Below are positions 45,676 to 60,300 of a stretch of DNA of 64,000 nucleotides, piece after piece. Below the pieces are notes generated by a model. That model ran no database searches and had not been told where the DNA came from. It saw only the letters and a program-made list of their open reading frames with translations. The stretch comes from Podarcis pityusensis (Eukaryota), in assembly GCA_964106645.2 (NCBI GenBank), contig OZ067051.1. One strand, written 5' to 3'. The translations under genes and the position numbers were made by a program. How positions within the stretch are numbered: the stretch's first letter is position 1; every line of letters begins with the position of its first letter.

Positions 45676-48286
45676 CTGGAACAGAAGGTCACAGAGGGGT
45701 TAGACATAAGCCTCGTCCCCCACACTCTGCCCTCTGACAGGATCCCACTTCTACCTGCCAGCTAAGTGCAGCAAGGGAGAAAGGTGTTGCCCTTGGGACA
45801 AAAAGGTGCCCAGTGGAGGGAGAACTCTGCTTTCAGTACATACAGTATGACTGCATCTTACCGGGGTGGGAGGTTGGTTCCAAGGGTCCTATATAAACCT
45901 TGGAACTGCTCTGTGTGAACCTTCTGGAGCGGACCCTGCTTCCCAAGCACGGCAGAGATTAAAAGCTCTCCGCTTTGCTTGTATTTCAACTTGCAGGATT
46001 GCAATCAGCAAGCTTCAACTGAGGATTAGAGTGAGGATCTCGACTCTACAGAAAGCCTGATTTAGGAAATGTTTCCCACTGGGAGAAGTGGGCTGCAAAT
46101 GGTTCCCTTGGACTCACTTCCGGGCTATTTCCTCAAAGGTGCTGGTCTTGAGCAGGCCACGCTGCTTGTACTCCTCCAGGTAGCTGAAGTCTCCCTTCAG
46201 GATCACGTGCTGATACAGGACCTCAGCCCAGTCTGGGATGAAGTCGTAGGCCTCAGCCACAATGGCAGCCTGGGGAGAGACGGAAGAGAAATGCCAGCTG
46301 ACATCATCCTCCCAGGAATGTGCACTGTGTCCTTCCATCAATAGGTCACCACAGGTTCTTGTGATGGTGCCTGGCATCCTTACCTGGTAGAACCTGGGCA
46401 GGGACATGATACACTCCAGCAGGCTCTTCCTGCTCAGATTGATCAGCTTGGTGCTGTGGCTGCTGTTCAGGAAGTGGAGTTGCAGGGTGATGAGCTTTGT
46501 CAGCCTGTTGCAGCGCAAGGACTGGCGCACACAGAAGTCCTAAGAGAAGGGAGTCAAAGATGCACGGATGAAGCTGAGTGGCTGCAACTGCCTTCCCTCC
46601 TCCACACACACACTTGCAAACATCTCGCTGGTCACAGCCCTCTTCTCACATCTGATGCCACCTCTGTAACTCTACGGGACACATCAATCCCTGAAGCAAA
46701 CACTAACAAGGCCCTGCCATTCGCCTTTCCACCTTCACACAGTCCCACTCCCATCTTGCCTTGGAATAGCTTTCTGCAGCATCTATGTAGAGGGTCAGGG
46801 CTTTCATCAGGAGCTTCTTCAGATTGGGCACATCCTGCAGGCACTCCTCTGAAAAGGAAAAAGGTGTTGAATGCCTTCATGGGGTGAAGGCAGCAAATAC
46901 AGAACCAAATGCCAAATCCAGAGGGAGGGAAGAGAGGTAGCAAGCGAACCAAAGATGTATCCACCAAAGCCAATCCAGGCACCTCAGTGAGGACTCAAAT
47001 GATAGGCACAAAGCAAGCAGATTATGCCTTTCATTAGATCAACCTAGGCTGATTCAGGGCAATGTGTGAGAGCCAGCGTGGTGTAGTGGTTAAGAGCGGT
47101 AGTCTCGTAATCTGGTGAACTGGGTTCACTTCCCCGCTCCTCCACATGCAGCTGCTGGGTGACCTTGGGCTAGTCACACTTCTGTGGGGAAGGAAGGGAA
47201 AGGAGAATGTTAGCCGCTTTGAGACTCCTTCGGGTAGTGATAAAGCAAGATATCAAATCCAAACTCCTCTTCTTCTTTCAGGTATAGGCCTCCCTAATGC
47301 TAAGTTTTAAGCTTGCTGTGGCTCAGCTGGCCATTGCCTGGTTTTTCTGAAATTTAGCCATATCATACACCTTACTGAACAGATTCCCTGTGCTAAATTT
47401 CATACTGTTAGGACAAACAGTCAGTTTTGGGGCCCATAGAATTTTGGGGTCTAGAATGATAGTTGCTTCCTTAAACTATGGAGCTGCTCTTGCGGTTCCA
47501 TCACATCTCCTTCTTCACAAGAGGTGAATAAGGAACCAGGGTGTTGAGCACCTGTTATCCTGGGCAGGTGGGCTCTCTGCAGGTCTACTGGTCTGGCAAC
47601 TTACCCCACGGCTGGGATTCAATGAGCTTCAGCTGTGTGTTGGCTGCCGCCTCGTGGTTCTCCCCAATCTCTCGGCACATGCTGAAGCAGAGGGCAATCA
47701 TGTTGTGCTTCTCGCTGTCCCCCGGGCGACAGCGCTTGATGTAGTCCAGCAGAGCTGTCTTGAGGGTCCCGCTCTGCCAAAGTGGAAGGGAGGCAAGGAG
47801 TGGATGTGACAAAGAGGAGTTGAGAAAGCTTGCAGCTGACAACAGGGGAAGCTAGAGCTCTCAGGCAGAGCCCCCAGCCCCCCCCCCAAAAAAAGTGTAT
47901 TTAAAAAGGATTAGAAGAGCTGGAGCCAAAAGTGTTAAGGAAAGGAATGGCTGCATTTCAACAAGTGAGCGAGAAAAAGCCACTATGAAAGAAGGAGAGT
48001 TTTAGCTTTATGGCTTTACTATAGCTGGGACATTCTGGAGTGGGGATGCTGTGACTAGAATGATGATTTAGCAAGAAGGTAACAAATGGGAAGACTGAAG
48101 GCACTGCGGGGGAAGCAGATTTGAGAATTGAGAATGAGCCTTCAGACACGAGAAATACTTTGAGCTGCATACAACTGCCACCTGGCCCAGGCCAGTCAAG
48201 TTCCCTTCAGACTAAAGAGCCAGCACATATCCTGGCTTCAACCTCCCTCCCTTGGATCAGTCAGGATGATGATCCCCATGTGATGG

Positions 48287-48317
<31 letters not shown>

Positions 48318-51300
48318 AGAGACTACTGTAAGCCTCATCCCCATCCTGCTGAAAATAAAGGCTTCAGACTCAATGACACATTTGCATTTGGATTCCCTCT
48401 ATTGTCCATCTGATGGAAGGGTTGGAACTCTTGAGAAAGAATGAGGCAGATTTGCGTCTCCTGCACTCACCGGATCCAGCTTTTTCCTCATGAGCACCTC
48501 AAAGTAATGCTTCTCGTGCAGCAGGTCAAAGATGTATGTCATCTCGTTGTATCTGCCAATGCCAGTGAGAAGCCGAACCTTTGGTAGGGAGGAAGAAGAG
48601 ATAAGGACTTGTACAGCAAGGCAGGCAGAAGGGCCTCACTCTGTGTCAACATGCACACTGAGGTAAGCCAGAAGGTCATGGCAGTCGCCACCACCCCTCC
48701 TTAGGGGGCACAACAGAAGTCTGTGGAAGGTTACTGATCAGCCATTTCCAATAATTGGTCAGGGGAAAGCAAAAGCAGCTTTCCTACCAGGCCAGGGGAA
48801 GCCAATGAAGGCTGCACATACTGCTTCTTATAAGAGGAGCTACTTGTTACTTGCTAACATCAATGCAGAGGGCAGCCGAGCATGAACCATCTGTGGGAGT
48901 CTTTGACCTGCCACTACCTTCCTTTTTCAGCAAAGCAAGGGGATGTCTTGGAATCAGCAGGACCCTTCAAAGGCCTGGTGTGCGTGTGTCCCTGCAACCA
49001 GTTCACATTTCCCACAAATAGGGCAGCTTTAGAGCAGTCACGTACCACAAGGCCATATTCTTCGTTGGGTGCCAAATGCTCCTCTGTGAGCAGCCGGGCA
49101 GCTTGCAGAACCCGCGTGATCCCTTCCATGTGACAGGTTAAGCTGAAGCAGTTGTGGGCCAAGATCAGCAGCTCTGTAGCTGAAAAAGGAGGAAAGGGGT
49201 CTTCATCAGCAAGCACATTTTTTTTCAGGTTTGCAAGTGCTCTCCAATACAAGGGAGACCCCCTCCCCGCCCCGATTTAAATTTCTCCCTTGGCCAAAGA
49301 TTGTGTGGCATCTGGTCCCTCAACTGCAAAGTGGAACAACAGCTGTCACTTTCACATACACTGGACAGGGACAGCAGCTCTTGGAGGCAAAAGCTCCTCA
49401 GCTGCTCATAAACAAACCATGTTCCCCGCCTTGAGGACAGCTAGGTGAAGTCAGAGGCCACTCCCTTTCCCCCCAGAACTGCTAAATGCTCCTTTATGAA
49501 AGGCTCCAGCAAAAACCTGTACTACTGCTAAGACAGATGGAGAATGGCAGCATGCGGGTCAAACCCTTCACGACCACAGCTCCAGCTTCCTGGCATCAAT
49601 GAACATGATGTGGGGTGGGGTGGGGTGGTTGCATTTTCCAAATGCAAACCACACAAAGACAGCAAACAGAAAAAATGGCACCCTCCTCCTGAGGCCTAAC
49701 CCCACCTATGTTTATGTAGAAGCATAGTCCCAAGAACCTGAATAAGATCTGCATTCAAGTAAGCAGGCTTTGGATCGCAGCCTTAGCCACGCAGCATGCT
49801 AGTGTGCTGTTACTGGATGTTTAATCCCTGGCCAAAAAGGATCCTCCACCTGCCCATCACTGACTTACTGCAGGCAAGTTCCCCGTGCGGCACAGATGAG
49901 ATCTTGTCCAATAGCTTCATGCCAACCAACGTGTGGTCCTGGCACAGTTTAGCCAGCTGCAGGAATGCCTGGCTCTCCTCTGCTGGGTTCAGAATTTGCT
50001 TTTGTTCTGTATATACAAATGACATATTGGTGACAGGATATTCTCCAGCTGACAGGGGGAAGGGGAAGAAACAGTACCACCTCCACTCTCGCCCAAACCC
50101 AATCCTAGGAGTCTTTCCACTTCCCCACAAGTTATAGGATTATTCTCCTTGGTCAATAACAACAAAGCAGGACTCACTGCCTTTCCCTTGCAAAGGGGCC
50201 AGCAGCTCTCGGGTGACTTCTTCGGCCACAATCTCCGCCACGGTTTCCAGCTCCATTCCCTGTGTGGTGACAAAGGCCTGGGCTTTTTTGCACCTGTCCG
50301 GCTGCTGAGAAGACAGGATCACCCGAAGCAGCTTCTCGGAATCGTGGGCAGAGATCTCACTGAAGGGACAGCCCAGTTCCTGCAAAAGACCATGGGGAAG
50401 TCTTACGTCTGGGATCCTAAGGAGTCTCATCCTCAAAGGGCCCCTCAGTGCCATGCTGGAAGCAAAGCCCCCACTGGAGAGATCCCGCAGCTCCCATCAC
50501 TATAGCACAATGGCTGCCCCTCCCCAGTTCCCAACCCGCACGCACCTTGGACAGCTCAAACAGGCAGAGGACCTGCCGGCAGTAGTTTCGCCCGTGGACA
50601 CATTCCGCCAGCAGGGCCTGCAGGCTGCCCACCACCTTGCTCTCTGGGCCTGGACCTCCCACAAAGGACCAGGACTCAAGGCTCGAGGCTGAAAAGGAAA
50701 CAGAGACTCTGGATAGCAAGGAATGAGCAGGCTGAGCAGGATGCTTGGGCAAGGGGAGAAGACAAGGCTGGAGATGGACAGGGCAAAACTGGGAGGAGAA
50801 AACCAACACTGGGTGAGATAAGGGCACATTTCTTGCTCTTCTGAGCTCTGGAGGCCAGAGGTTTTTAAACACAGGGATTCTTTAGCTATGATTCCTATAT
50901 TGCAGAGGATTGGTTTAGACGACCCTTTGGATCCCTTCAACTCAACACTGCCATGATTCTATGACAAACTTGAGCATTGGAAATGCTCAGTGGTTCTCAG
51001 CTGATCAGCTGCCACCCTCCCTTCTCCCCCCCCCCCCCAATTTTTGAAGGAAAAACATTGCAGCAGTTTTGAATGCTACGAATGGCAAAGTTTGAGATCC
51101 AAGAAACACCTACATTTCTAAAGAACGGGCAATGACAAGACCTACAAAATGGCAGGGAAATGAAGAAATGGCCCAGGAGGGTCCTCTGTGGACTCCTGGG
51201 GAGAGATGCTTTTGTCCAATTTGCAGCTCCAAACGCTCCTGCTACTTACTGCTCAGAGATTGTTTCTTTGAAGAGTCCTCTCCCCCTCCGTTATTCTTTT

Positions 51301-54300
51301 CCTTTGCCTCCTCTCTGTCTCTTGCTGCAAGGATGGCATGAACCTCTGGGTGAAACTCGCTCCGAAGGACTTCTCCAGAGGCCAGCACTCTGCAGTGCAA
51401 GACCAGCAAGACATCTCGACTGTAGAAGTTAAAGTACCGGCAAACCCGGCTGGCCTCGTGGATGCTCCCCTCGTCCAGCAGGCGCCCAACCAGAAAGCTC
51501 AGCGATTCCACATCAGCCGCAGAAAGTGTGGCTTGCAAGAATGCATTGTGTGAGGGCAAACCCTCCAGCTGCAAGTACTTGGGCACGTTCAAGGCAGCCA
51601 GCTTGGAAAAGGAAAACTCCTTGGCTAAGGAATCAAAGGACACTTCACCGCTCATAGAAATCTGGTGGGAGAATCTGTGCTTGGCCTTCTCAGGGCCCTG
51701 TTTCAAGGTCTGCTGAGCGATGCGGCAAAGCCAGATTTCTTTCTCAATCCCTTCCAGCTCCTGAAGTGGAACCGGATCGCTTTTGGCTAACCAGTGGCCA
51801 GCCAAGGTTAGCAGAAGTTTCCTCTCTGAGATGCCAGATGTTCTCCCCTCATCCAAGGACTCAGACAGAAGGTCTGCCTGAGCTAAGAAGAAATTGGAAG
51901 CCGCTCGGGTTGAGATGGCATTTCTCATGTAGTTTTCGTGGCACTTTTCCCAGAACTCGATCCTTGTCCGCTTCTGAGGCCAGTGGCCAATTTGTTGCAA
52001 GAGGTGCATATTTTGGAGGACCTGCAGAACACACAAAAGATCAAAGGGATTCTCAGCCCCATCTTTCCATGACAACCAATGAAAGGAAGCTGAACTACTG
52101 ATTCACCAGCTATGGCCATTTGTCGATAGGGAGAGCCTGGCTGCAACTCCTGTTTACACAACATGGGACTGCTCTTGAGAACTGTGTGGAGATGGAAGAT
52201 AGTGACAAATGTAGCTGATAGCATACTGATGGGCCTGATGGCTCAAGAACATGTACCAACAGCTTTGAGAGACCTGCGCTGGTTGCCTGATTATTACCGG
52301 ACACAGTCCAAGGTGATGGCTTTGACAGATAAATATGTATTCCCCTCTCACTGCCTCACAGCAGGAAACCACAAGCACCTCATTCTTGGTCCCCAAGTTC
52401 CCTTACTTACTCATATGTAGCCAAAGGCAGCACTGGATCTGGGACTGAGTCACCAAAACTAGAGGCTCAGTCCAATAGATGGGAAAGCCACATTCTAATT
52501 GTGCCTTGGTTGGAGATGGAACATAATCAACCAAATCATGAGTTGTCAAAAGGTTAGCGCACCTCTTGGATCACCACGTTGTCCACAGGCAGCTCTGCCA
52601 GCTCTGCCACCTTCCGCGCTATTAGGAAAGAGCTTTGGTCCTGCAGCTCCTCCAGAATTCTTCTGCACTCCTTCTGGAAATTCTCTGGGGTGTAACTGCT
52701 CAGAATGGCACAATCAATGGAGACAGGAGAGTCCTTCAAGGTGAAGCTGAGGGCACTCAGCTTCTTCATATCAGGCCCTAAGCACAAAAGCAGCCCAAAA
52801 AGAAACAGGTCCTTAACTGGATAGTCTGTGCTTTAATGACTCAGGCTTTTCTGGAAAGGAGCAAAGAGGATCCCCATCAAGCTGCCCATGCTGTGGCCCT
52901 TTGCTGAGCAACAACTTTGGCAGAAGTGAAGTGGAGGGCAATGAAGGGAGGTCTTTTTGGCTGCAAAGCCCCAACTAGGGGAGGCCCACTTGGCATCAGT
53001 ATTTTTATTTTATTTTAGACACCAGACCAAAAACCTTCTTGTTCATCCCAATGCTTTTAAATTGCTGGCGTGCTGCTGTTGCTTCTAATTCACTAGTTTA
53101 TTCCCATGTTTTACTTCTTCTATCTTTAAAGATCACAAGCCAACCTGGGATCATTTTAGATGAAAGATGGTATAAAAATGAAGCAGAAGACAACCATCTC
53201 TTATGCAGATCAGTCCCTGCCTTTATATGCAGCACTGAGGATGCACATGATGGACAAAGAGAGAAGTGACTGGGTTTCCCAACATGCCAAGGAGAGGCAT
53301 GCACATGCGCATCCCTTTTTCTGGTCTTCCAAACCTCCTGGATTCCCATCTTATTTCCATGCCCCAAAAACCAATGATTTGACTACACTTAAAAGCAGAA
53401 TGAACTCGGCAGCTGATGCTCCTTTACTACCACCTCCCAAGGGCTGCCTGGTATCAGGCACTGAAAGCAGATTTCAAGAGGAAGTCTTGGCTGTGCAGGT
53501 AACAAATTACTGACAGGGAACCAAAGGAAACTGTCCTTACCGTGAGGGAGAACAGTGTCCGTATCTGCAAAAAGCTGAAGGACCTTTCCCAGCTCGTACT
53601 GAGTCCTGCACTGCTGGAGCATCAGCTCAAGAAGAAATGAAGCCTGCGACACCAGCCAGGGCACAGGCAAGAGGAGAGGTGGACCTTCGGGTGAGGCTTG
53701 CAGCTGTGCAAAAATCATTTTGAAAGTTATCCAAGTGCCAAAACATGCCTCTCCCCCACCCTCTCCTTCATCTCTCTGACAAAGTAAGCCAACTTGTACA
53801 ATGCAAAGAAGTCGCGTGGTAGGGAACTGGGAAGGATACACCCAAGGAAGAAGGGTGGGCAGCCATATGTGTGTGCCCGCATGCTCAAACAATCCTTCAA
53901 CTGGAAAAATTAAACCTCACACACTCAAGAGAAGACCATGCTCTAGCCTAGAGATGCTAGCCACCTCTGTAATTAAAGAGTTGGTTCAAAAGCTTCAGCA
54001 AGCAAAGGGAAGGGTCTGCTTACTCTTGAAATACTGGCTTGGAATGCAAGGAGTCTGCTCTGCGCTTCGCTGTAGTTTCTGTAGTCCATGCACAACTCGT
54101 ACAGCTCCAGGATCATCAGCAAAGGGGAGTCCTGAATAGATTGATGCGAATTTATGTTTAACATTCTTCACAAGTGTTGCACCATTTATTTATTTAAAAA
54201 TACACCTCTGACATTGAACACCCCCCCCCCAATCTAGCTCCTGAGGCTCTGAAAGTGTAACCACAGCAGGGGGCAGAAATTGGACCATTTCCCTTCCTTA

Positions 54301-57300
54301 ACTTGGAATGGAGGGTTCATTTGGGCAGCTCCATGTGCAGTCTCCATGTCTCGTGAAGCTTTCAGTTTGAAGAAATCACACACACACACACAGAGGAACC
54401 CTTGTTACATTTATTTTCAAAGGCACTCTTGAAAATGTGAAGAAGCACAAGTTAAACAAATGGGAGTTGCATGCTGGGGCGGTTTCTCGTGCACCCAGCA
54501 GAGGCAGCCCAAGTAATATCAGGTAAAGGGACTTAAAGAGTTACCTTCAGAAAGAACTGAAAGCCACGAAGAAGAGTTTGGATTTTCTGCCTCTGGAGAA
54601 GTGTTTGCCAGAGGGTGGCCAAGTCCTGAAGATCCCATTCATGGGTTTCAGCTGAGCCTTCCAAGTGGTCTGTCACTTGGGCAGTGGTGGAGCTATCCAA
54701 GGAAGTTATGAGCCAAACACAGAGGCAATGGATAATGCTGGTGTCCTTCCAAACGGGTGGATGTGGCCAGAGAGGAGTAGGAAAGAAGTAAATAAGTTAG
54801 ATACAAGGAGGAAGTGACCCACCTTGAGGAATGTACTTGCAAATATTTCTAAAATATCACACATACGGCCTACGGAAATAAATGAACAACAGAAGCACAG
54901 GGCCATCCTCAGAGCATTCTTACCTGGAAGCATGCAGCAAGGATGCTCAGAATGGGAGCCTGGTGTTTCACAGCTTCACCCAGAAGGTAATGCCAGGGAC
55001 GCGGCTGCTCCTGACACCAAAGGAGAATGCGGAAAAGATCACTGGTGTGGGTGCCTGGCTTTTGCTCATGCCTCAGCCGGTGGGAGTTGCCACCCTGACC
55101 GTCCTCCAGTGGAGTAACTGAGGACTGCAAACTCTCCAAGGCCAGCCTCAAGTGGTCCTGCAGAGGAGGGGGAAACTCCTGGAGGATGGGGACAACCTGG
55201 GGAAGGGAAAGAACAAACTAGGTGAACAGTATAAAGTGAACAAACAGCGCAAAGAGGCAACCAGACAATGGTTTATTGAAGTCTTCACCAACTTGGTGCC
55301 CTCGAGGGACTGATGGGAGTTGCAGAACAGAACACCTGGAAGTCTAGTTTATTGTCTTGAGCTCATGAGTCACAGCAAAGTGGTACACATACCAAACACA
55401 AATTAGAATTCTACTATATTAATGCCTTTATAGATTTGTACCTGTCTTTCTGCTGCCAGGGCAAATGAAGCCACATTAGTGATCTCTCCCCCTATTTCAA
55501 GAGCATTGTCTGTCCAAAGCAGCCACTGCAAAGACTAAACCCCAAATTAATAAAGATGGCCATATCAATTTTGCCTGAAGGGTTCCTTACCTCAGAGGGT
55601 TGGTAGTTGTACCTCTGGGCTTCAATGAGGAACTGTAGCCATTCGCTGGATCTCGCACACACCTTCAGGTATGACATGCTCAGCTTGAGGCCGTGGAGCC
55701 TGCAAAACTGGGCCACCAGAGACCACTGCTTCCTTGCCTCGCTGGATGTCCTATGGGGAAGGGATGTATTAGCTCTACTGAAACAGCCAGTAACTTAAGC
55801 TTCCACCTCCATAAAAAACACTTGCCAAGAACAACCAAAACCTTCAAGGGACTAGCACAACAGCCCTCTAAAGAAAAGGCAAGTGAAGGCATAGAACATT
55901 ACTATTATTATTATGCATGGTGTGCAGAAAATGAACACATCATACTAGACCACACTTGGGTCATCCAATTAAGATAAATGGTGGAAGAGTAGAGACAAAC
56001 AAAAGGAAAGACATTGCAAGAATTTGCTAACATAAAACATAGCGATGGCCATGAATCTGGGTTGCTTTGAAAGGGGTCAGCATTCAAGGGGAACAAGGCT
56101 ATCAAAGGCTACTGGTTATGACAGCGAGATATTACTACCTCCAGTGTCAGAGGGGGCATTCCTATGAATGGCAGCTGCTATGGGTGGGAGAGTGTCATTG
56201 CTCTCGTGCCTCAGGGGTATCTGGAAACAGCACTGGATTAATTGGGCCCTTTGCTTCTTACACTCTTCTCTGCCCCTCCTTGCTTTGGTGTTCTTAACTA
56301 CCCCTCTCCATCCCCTGTGACTCAAGTGAATGTGGAGATACAGGAAACTGAAACACAGAAACAGCATTTGGAAGGGGACTCTCTCTTTGCTAATATGCAG
56401 CTAGCAGGGATTCCAGGCTAAAAAGTAAAGGGGGTGGAGACAGCATGCAAGCTATACTTGTTTTCCTCCTTTTTTTTTTTTTGTTCTATACATCACACTT
56501 CAACCTTAAGCTGTATTTGTGATGTTCTATTATGTTATTGTTATTTATTGTTTGTAAGCTGCTATGAGATTCACTTGAATGAAAAGTGGCATAGAAATAT
56601 AATAAATCAAATCAAATCTACTCAAAAATCAAATCAATCCTTCCAAATTTGAATCCTTAAGTCTTCATAGAAGTAATATAAGGCCACAAAGAATGTATAG
56701 CAAATTCCCACCACTGGGCTCAAAGGGCTGACTCACTTGCTTATCTCCTGGTGCTCCATCTTATCCCACACGGCTTCCTCCAAGCAGACAAGGAGTTCTT
56801 CTGCTGCTGTTTTTTCTCCCTCTGCCAACTGAGTCAGCTTTTCAACTGCAAACAGAAAAGGCAAAGCATTCTGCTTCATGTGGCTGCAGAATACTTCAAA
56901 GTTATATTTTCCCCCCAATAGGTTATCTACCTTTGGTTTAGCGTTTTAGCGCTTTTATCATCATTATGGATTTTTGTTTTGCTGGTATTCTAACCTTGTG
57001 ATTTTATGGTGTCTACTTTGTAAATCACTTGGGATTTTTAAAACATCAAACAGTCTACAAACTTATTAAATAAATATAACAGTTCTAACTTCACTGTGGA
57101 TGTGGACTTTGCCATTCAGGAACAAAAGGGCAGGGGGCTTTCTGCTCTTGCGTGCCCATCAAATATTACACTCTTTTCTTCAATAGAGAAAACATGTAGA
57201 AGAAACACTACCCAAGGACTGCCTGATCGAGTTATGCTGAGGCTCCTCTCTTTGAGACATGAAGCTCAGGATCACGTTGGCAGCTTTAACATCCACCCGG

Positions 57301-60300
57301 AGTTTGAGGCTATCAAGGCCCAGCAGTTCCAAAAAGCAGGCGCAGGCGGAAGCCACAGATGGCACATAAAAGAAGGAGAGGGCCAAGGAGTAGGCGTCAT
57401 TGCCTGCTTGCTGGATCCTAGGGAAGAAAAGGCAGCAGCCGTTAGCATCATGCATCTGGAACAGCAGAGAGGTTGCAAGGAAAGGACCCAACTCTGCACA
57501 CAGTCAAAATCAAAGCCAAGGGGACTGTAAGCAGGTCAGGAAAAACCTGGGGTACAAATCTGAAAAGTACTTTATATAAATTAATACCCCTTCTTACAAG
57601 GCAGCTTACATCTATCTAAAGCAACACAATACGTTATTGCAATACAAAGATTTCTCCATAGAAAATGTTCTGTCGCGAACATGAGAGGCTCCTTTCCAAA
57701 TCTCTGCTGCTTTCAAATACTCACAGCTGCTTTGGAGTTTTGTTCTGTGCCAGCTGTTGGACTAAAAAAGTCCCAAAAGCAAATGAGGGGCGTTCATGAC
57801 GCAAGAAGTAGGAGAAATCCAGACGTTCAACTACAGCATATTTGTTGACAAAAGCGGCACTTGAGAAGTGAGGAAGGTCACTACAGGTATCTAAAGAGAA
57901 GGGAGAAAACGGTGGTGAGTAGACAGAAAAATAGCAGGCTCCACAGGCCCAAGTGCCAGACACAATTCTTCTGGCTGACTCCTTGAAACTTGGCCTCACA
58001 CCTGGCCAAAGGCACTTCTCTTGGATCAGCCCACTGAAAAAGCTACAAAAAGGCACCTCTGTCCTTTCATGTATAAGTGTTGTGGGTTTCAATGGGGCTG
58101 GCGCAGGAAAAGTTTCTGGTAGGAAGCTTTGCTGCTCAGTGTCTACACCAGAAAGTAACTGACAATCTCAGCAATCGACGTAAAAACTTAAGAGCCTATT
58201 GGATCAGACCCAAGGTCTGTCTAAACCAGCATCCTGTTCTCACAATGGCCAAACACAAGCCCCAACAGGAAGCCCCAACACAGGACCTGAGTGCCAGAGC
58301 ACCGTATGGGATTACAGTTGAAACACCAGCAACAGCCATTATAGCTTTGGGGATGGACAGTTTTGCCCCTTGAAAGAGGAAGCCTTGCCAAACTAGCGCT
58401 CTCCAGATGTTTTTGATTACAACTCCCATCAACACCAGCCAAATAAGGCCAAGCTGGCAAAGACTACCCCAGAGCCTCCACAGGGTCCCAACATTGGAAG
58501 AGCAACAGAGTTACAGGCTGTCCAGCTGCCAATGGAAGCAGACTGGGGTGGGGGCTATTTTCCCACACAGCCTTCACATGCCCTTCTAATAGCTGCAGCT
58601 GAAACAGCCACACCACTGCCAAAAACTTCTGAGGGGAACTGCACTGGTTTCTAAAAGCAAGTTCCACTTGCATAAAGTATCTTGATTTATTATAGCACTC
58701 TATAATTCATAACTAGATACATCACAGATATGAACACAATTACTATCTAGAAGAGCACACAACCCATTAAACAAAACAAAACCCACAAGAACAATCCCTG
58801 GGACAATAAATTATGGTGTCTTTTAACCAGCTGCTTTCTGGTCTTCTCTGCCAGTGAAACCCCAGGAGTTTTATCTGCTTATCGAACCACTTGTATAAAA
58901 ACTTACTGACCTATCCAGTAGTGGCCAGAAGGAGGACAACTAGTTGGTTTCAAATTCCAGAATAAAAATGGCAAGAAGGGAGGACTTGACCCAACATTTC
59001 CACTTCCATTAGACCTTCCCTCTCTCAAGACCACCAAACTGTCAACAAACCTTCTAAATAAAACTTGGGAATGCAGAACATCCAGGGTGAGAGAAGTAAA
59101 ACACAAGTGGCATCTTGTACAAATAATTGATAAATTGGATACATTTTCCATCGATAATTTTAAAAAGTGCAGAGAAATTTTTATTTGTATGAACCAAGAG
59201 CTCTTGAAAACATTATATTGAAGGACTGGATTTGATTAAACTTGTTGTGCAACTGAACTTGGCTTAAAGAAAAGAGGGGCACAGTCCAGTGCTGCTGCAG
59301 GTATTCTAAGAGAGTCCATTTTCATCCATATACTATTACAGCTGTCACTTGGAGCCAAAGACACTTTAGTAAATGTGGATACAGAGCTAAAGTTTTTAAG
59401 CAGCCAACCATGCCCTAAAATCTGTGGGGCCAGTTTCCAAAGCAGTGGCTGCATCTGATCCAGACTGCAACCCTGTAAAGAATTTGGACTGAGACTTTGG
59501 AATGGTAAACATTTCATTGCTGCTGGAACAGGATGGCCTCCTCTGATATAGAATAACCACAGGACCATTGTCTGACTTGCAGTGGCTTACTGGACAGCGT
59601 AAAGTTTGTGTGTGAGAGCCAAGAAGTGGAATGATGAAAGGGAGCTCCAAGGGAAGGAGAACTCTTTTTCAAGAATTTGTTCAAGAATTTGGCTGTCCAA
59701 TAGCCACATCCACTGAATAAACTTTTTAAAAAATTGTAATCTGTAAACAATTTAAATTACAGGAGCAAGACAACATGGCCAAAAACCATTTAAGATCAAG
59801 TCTTAATAACCGGCAAAAAGACAACACAGAATTTTTTTTGTTGCCAACTTTAGGAGAGTGGCAGTCTGGGACATCATTTAGATTCAAGATAAACAGCTAA
59901 GAGGCTAGAATACAAACTTGCCTAATTCTAGGGCTCAATTTCACCTTTTGAAAGATCAGATGCAACAGGGAGAGCAAAGAAGATTCTGCTGGAAGCCAAA
60001 CCTCTCAGCATCTTGTCAGCTCCCAGAGAAATGTCTGTTTAACAGAATGAAATACTAGGAGATTCCACACACATATACTTTATACTCACTTTAAATAGTA
60101 ACAAGATACGGCAAAAGTTACCTACCAGGTATGACAAGCGTATTTGCTGACTGCCAGCCAAACAATTTTGTGGGATCAAATGGAACTAACGCCTGAAAAA
60201 TTAGAACACAACATTAATTTCAAGGCCTGCTTAAAATGCAGCAAACATGTTAACCCAAGCTGCTCGACTGAGCACACATCTTGTGCAGCATCTTACACAT

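Noticed and set aside
48059-48100. ATGATGA...CTGA box C/D-like pair
   Set aside because: Only about 40 nt long, no terminal stem, and antisense to the host gene
59236-59750. Three overlapping minus-strand ORFs (78-110 aa) in an SPG11 intron
   Set aside because: No recognisable homology, and the flanking SPG11 exons (60126 and 57890) join in phase without them
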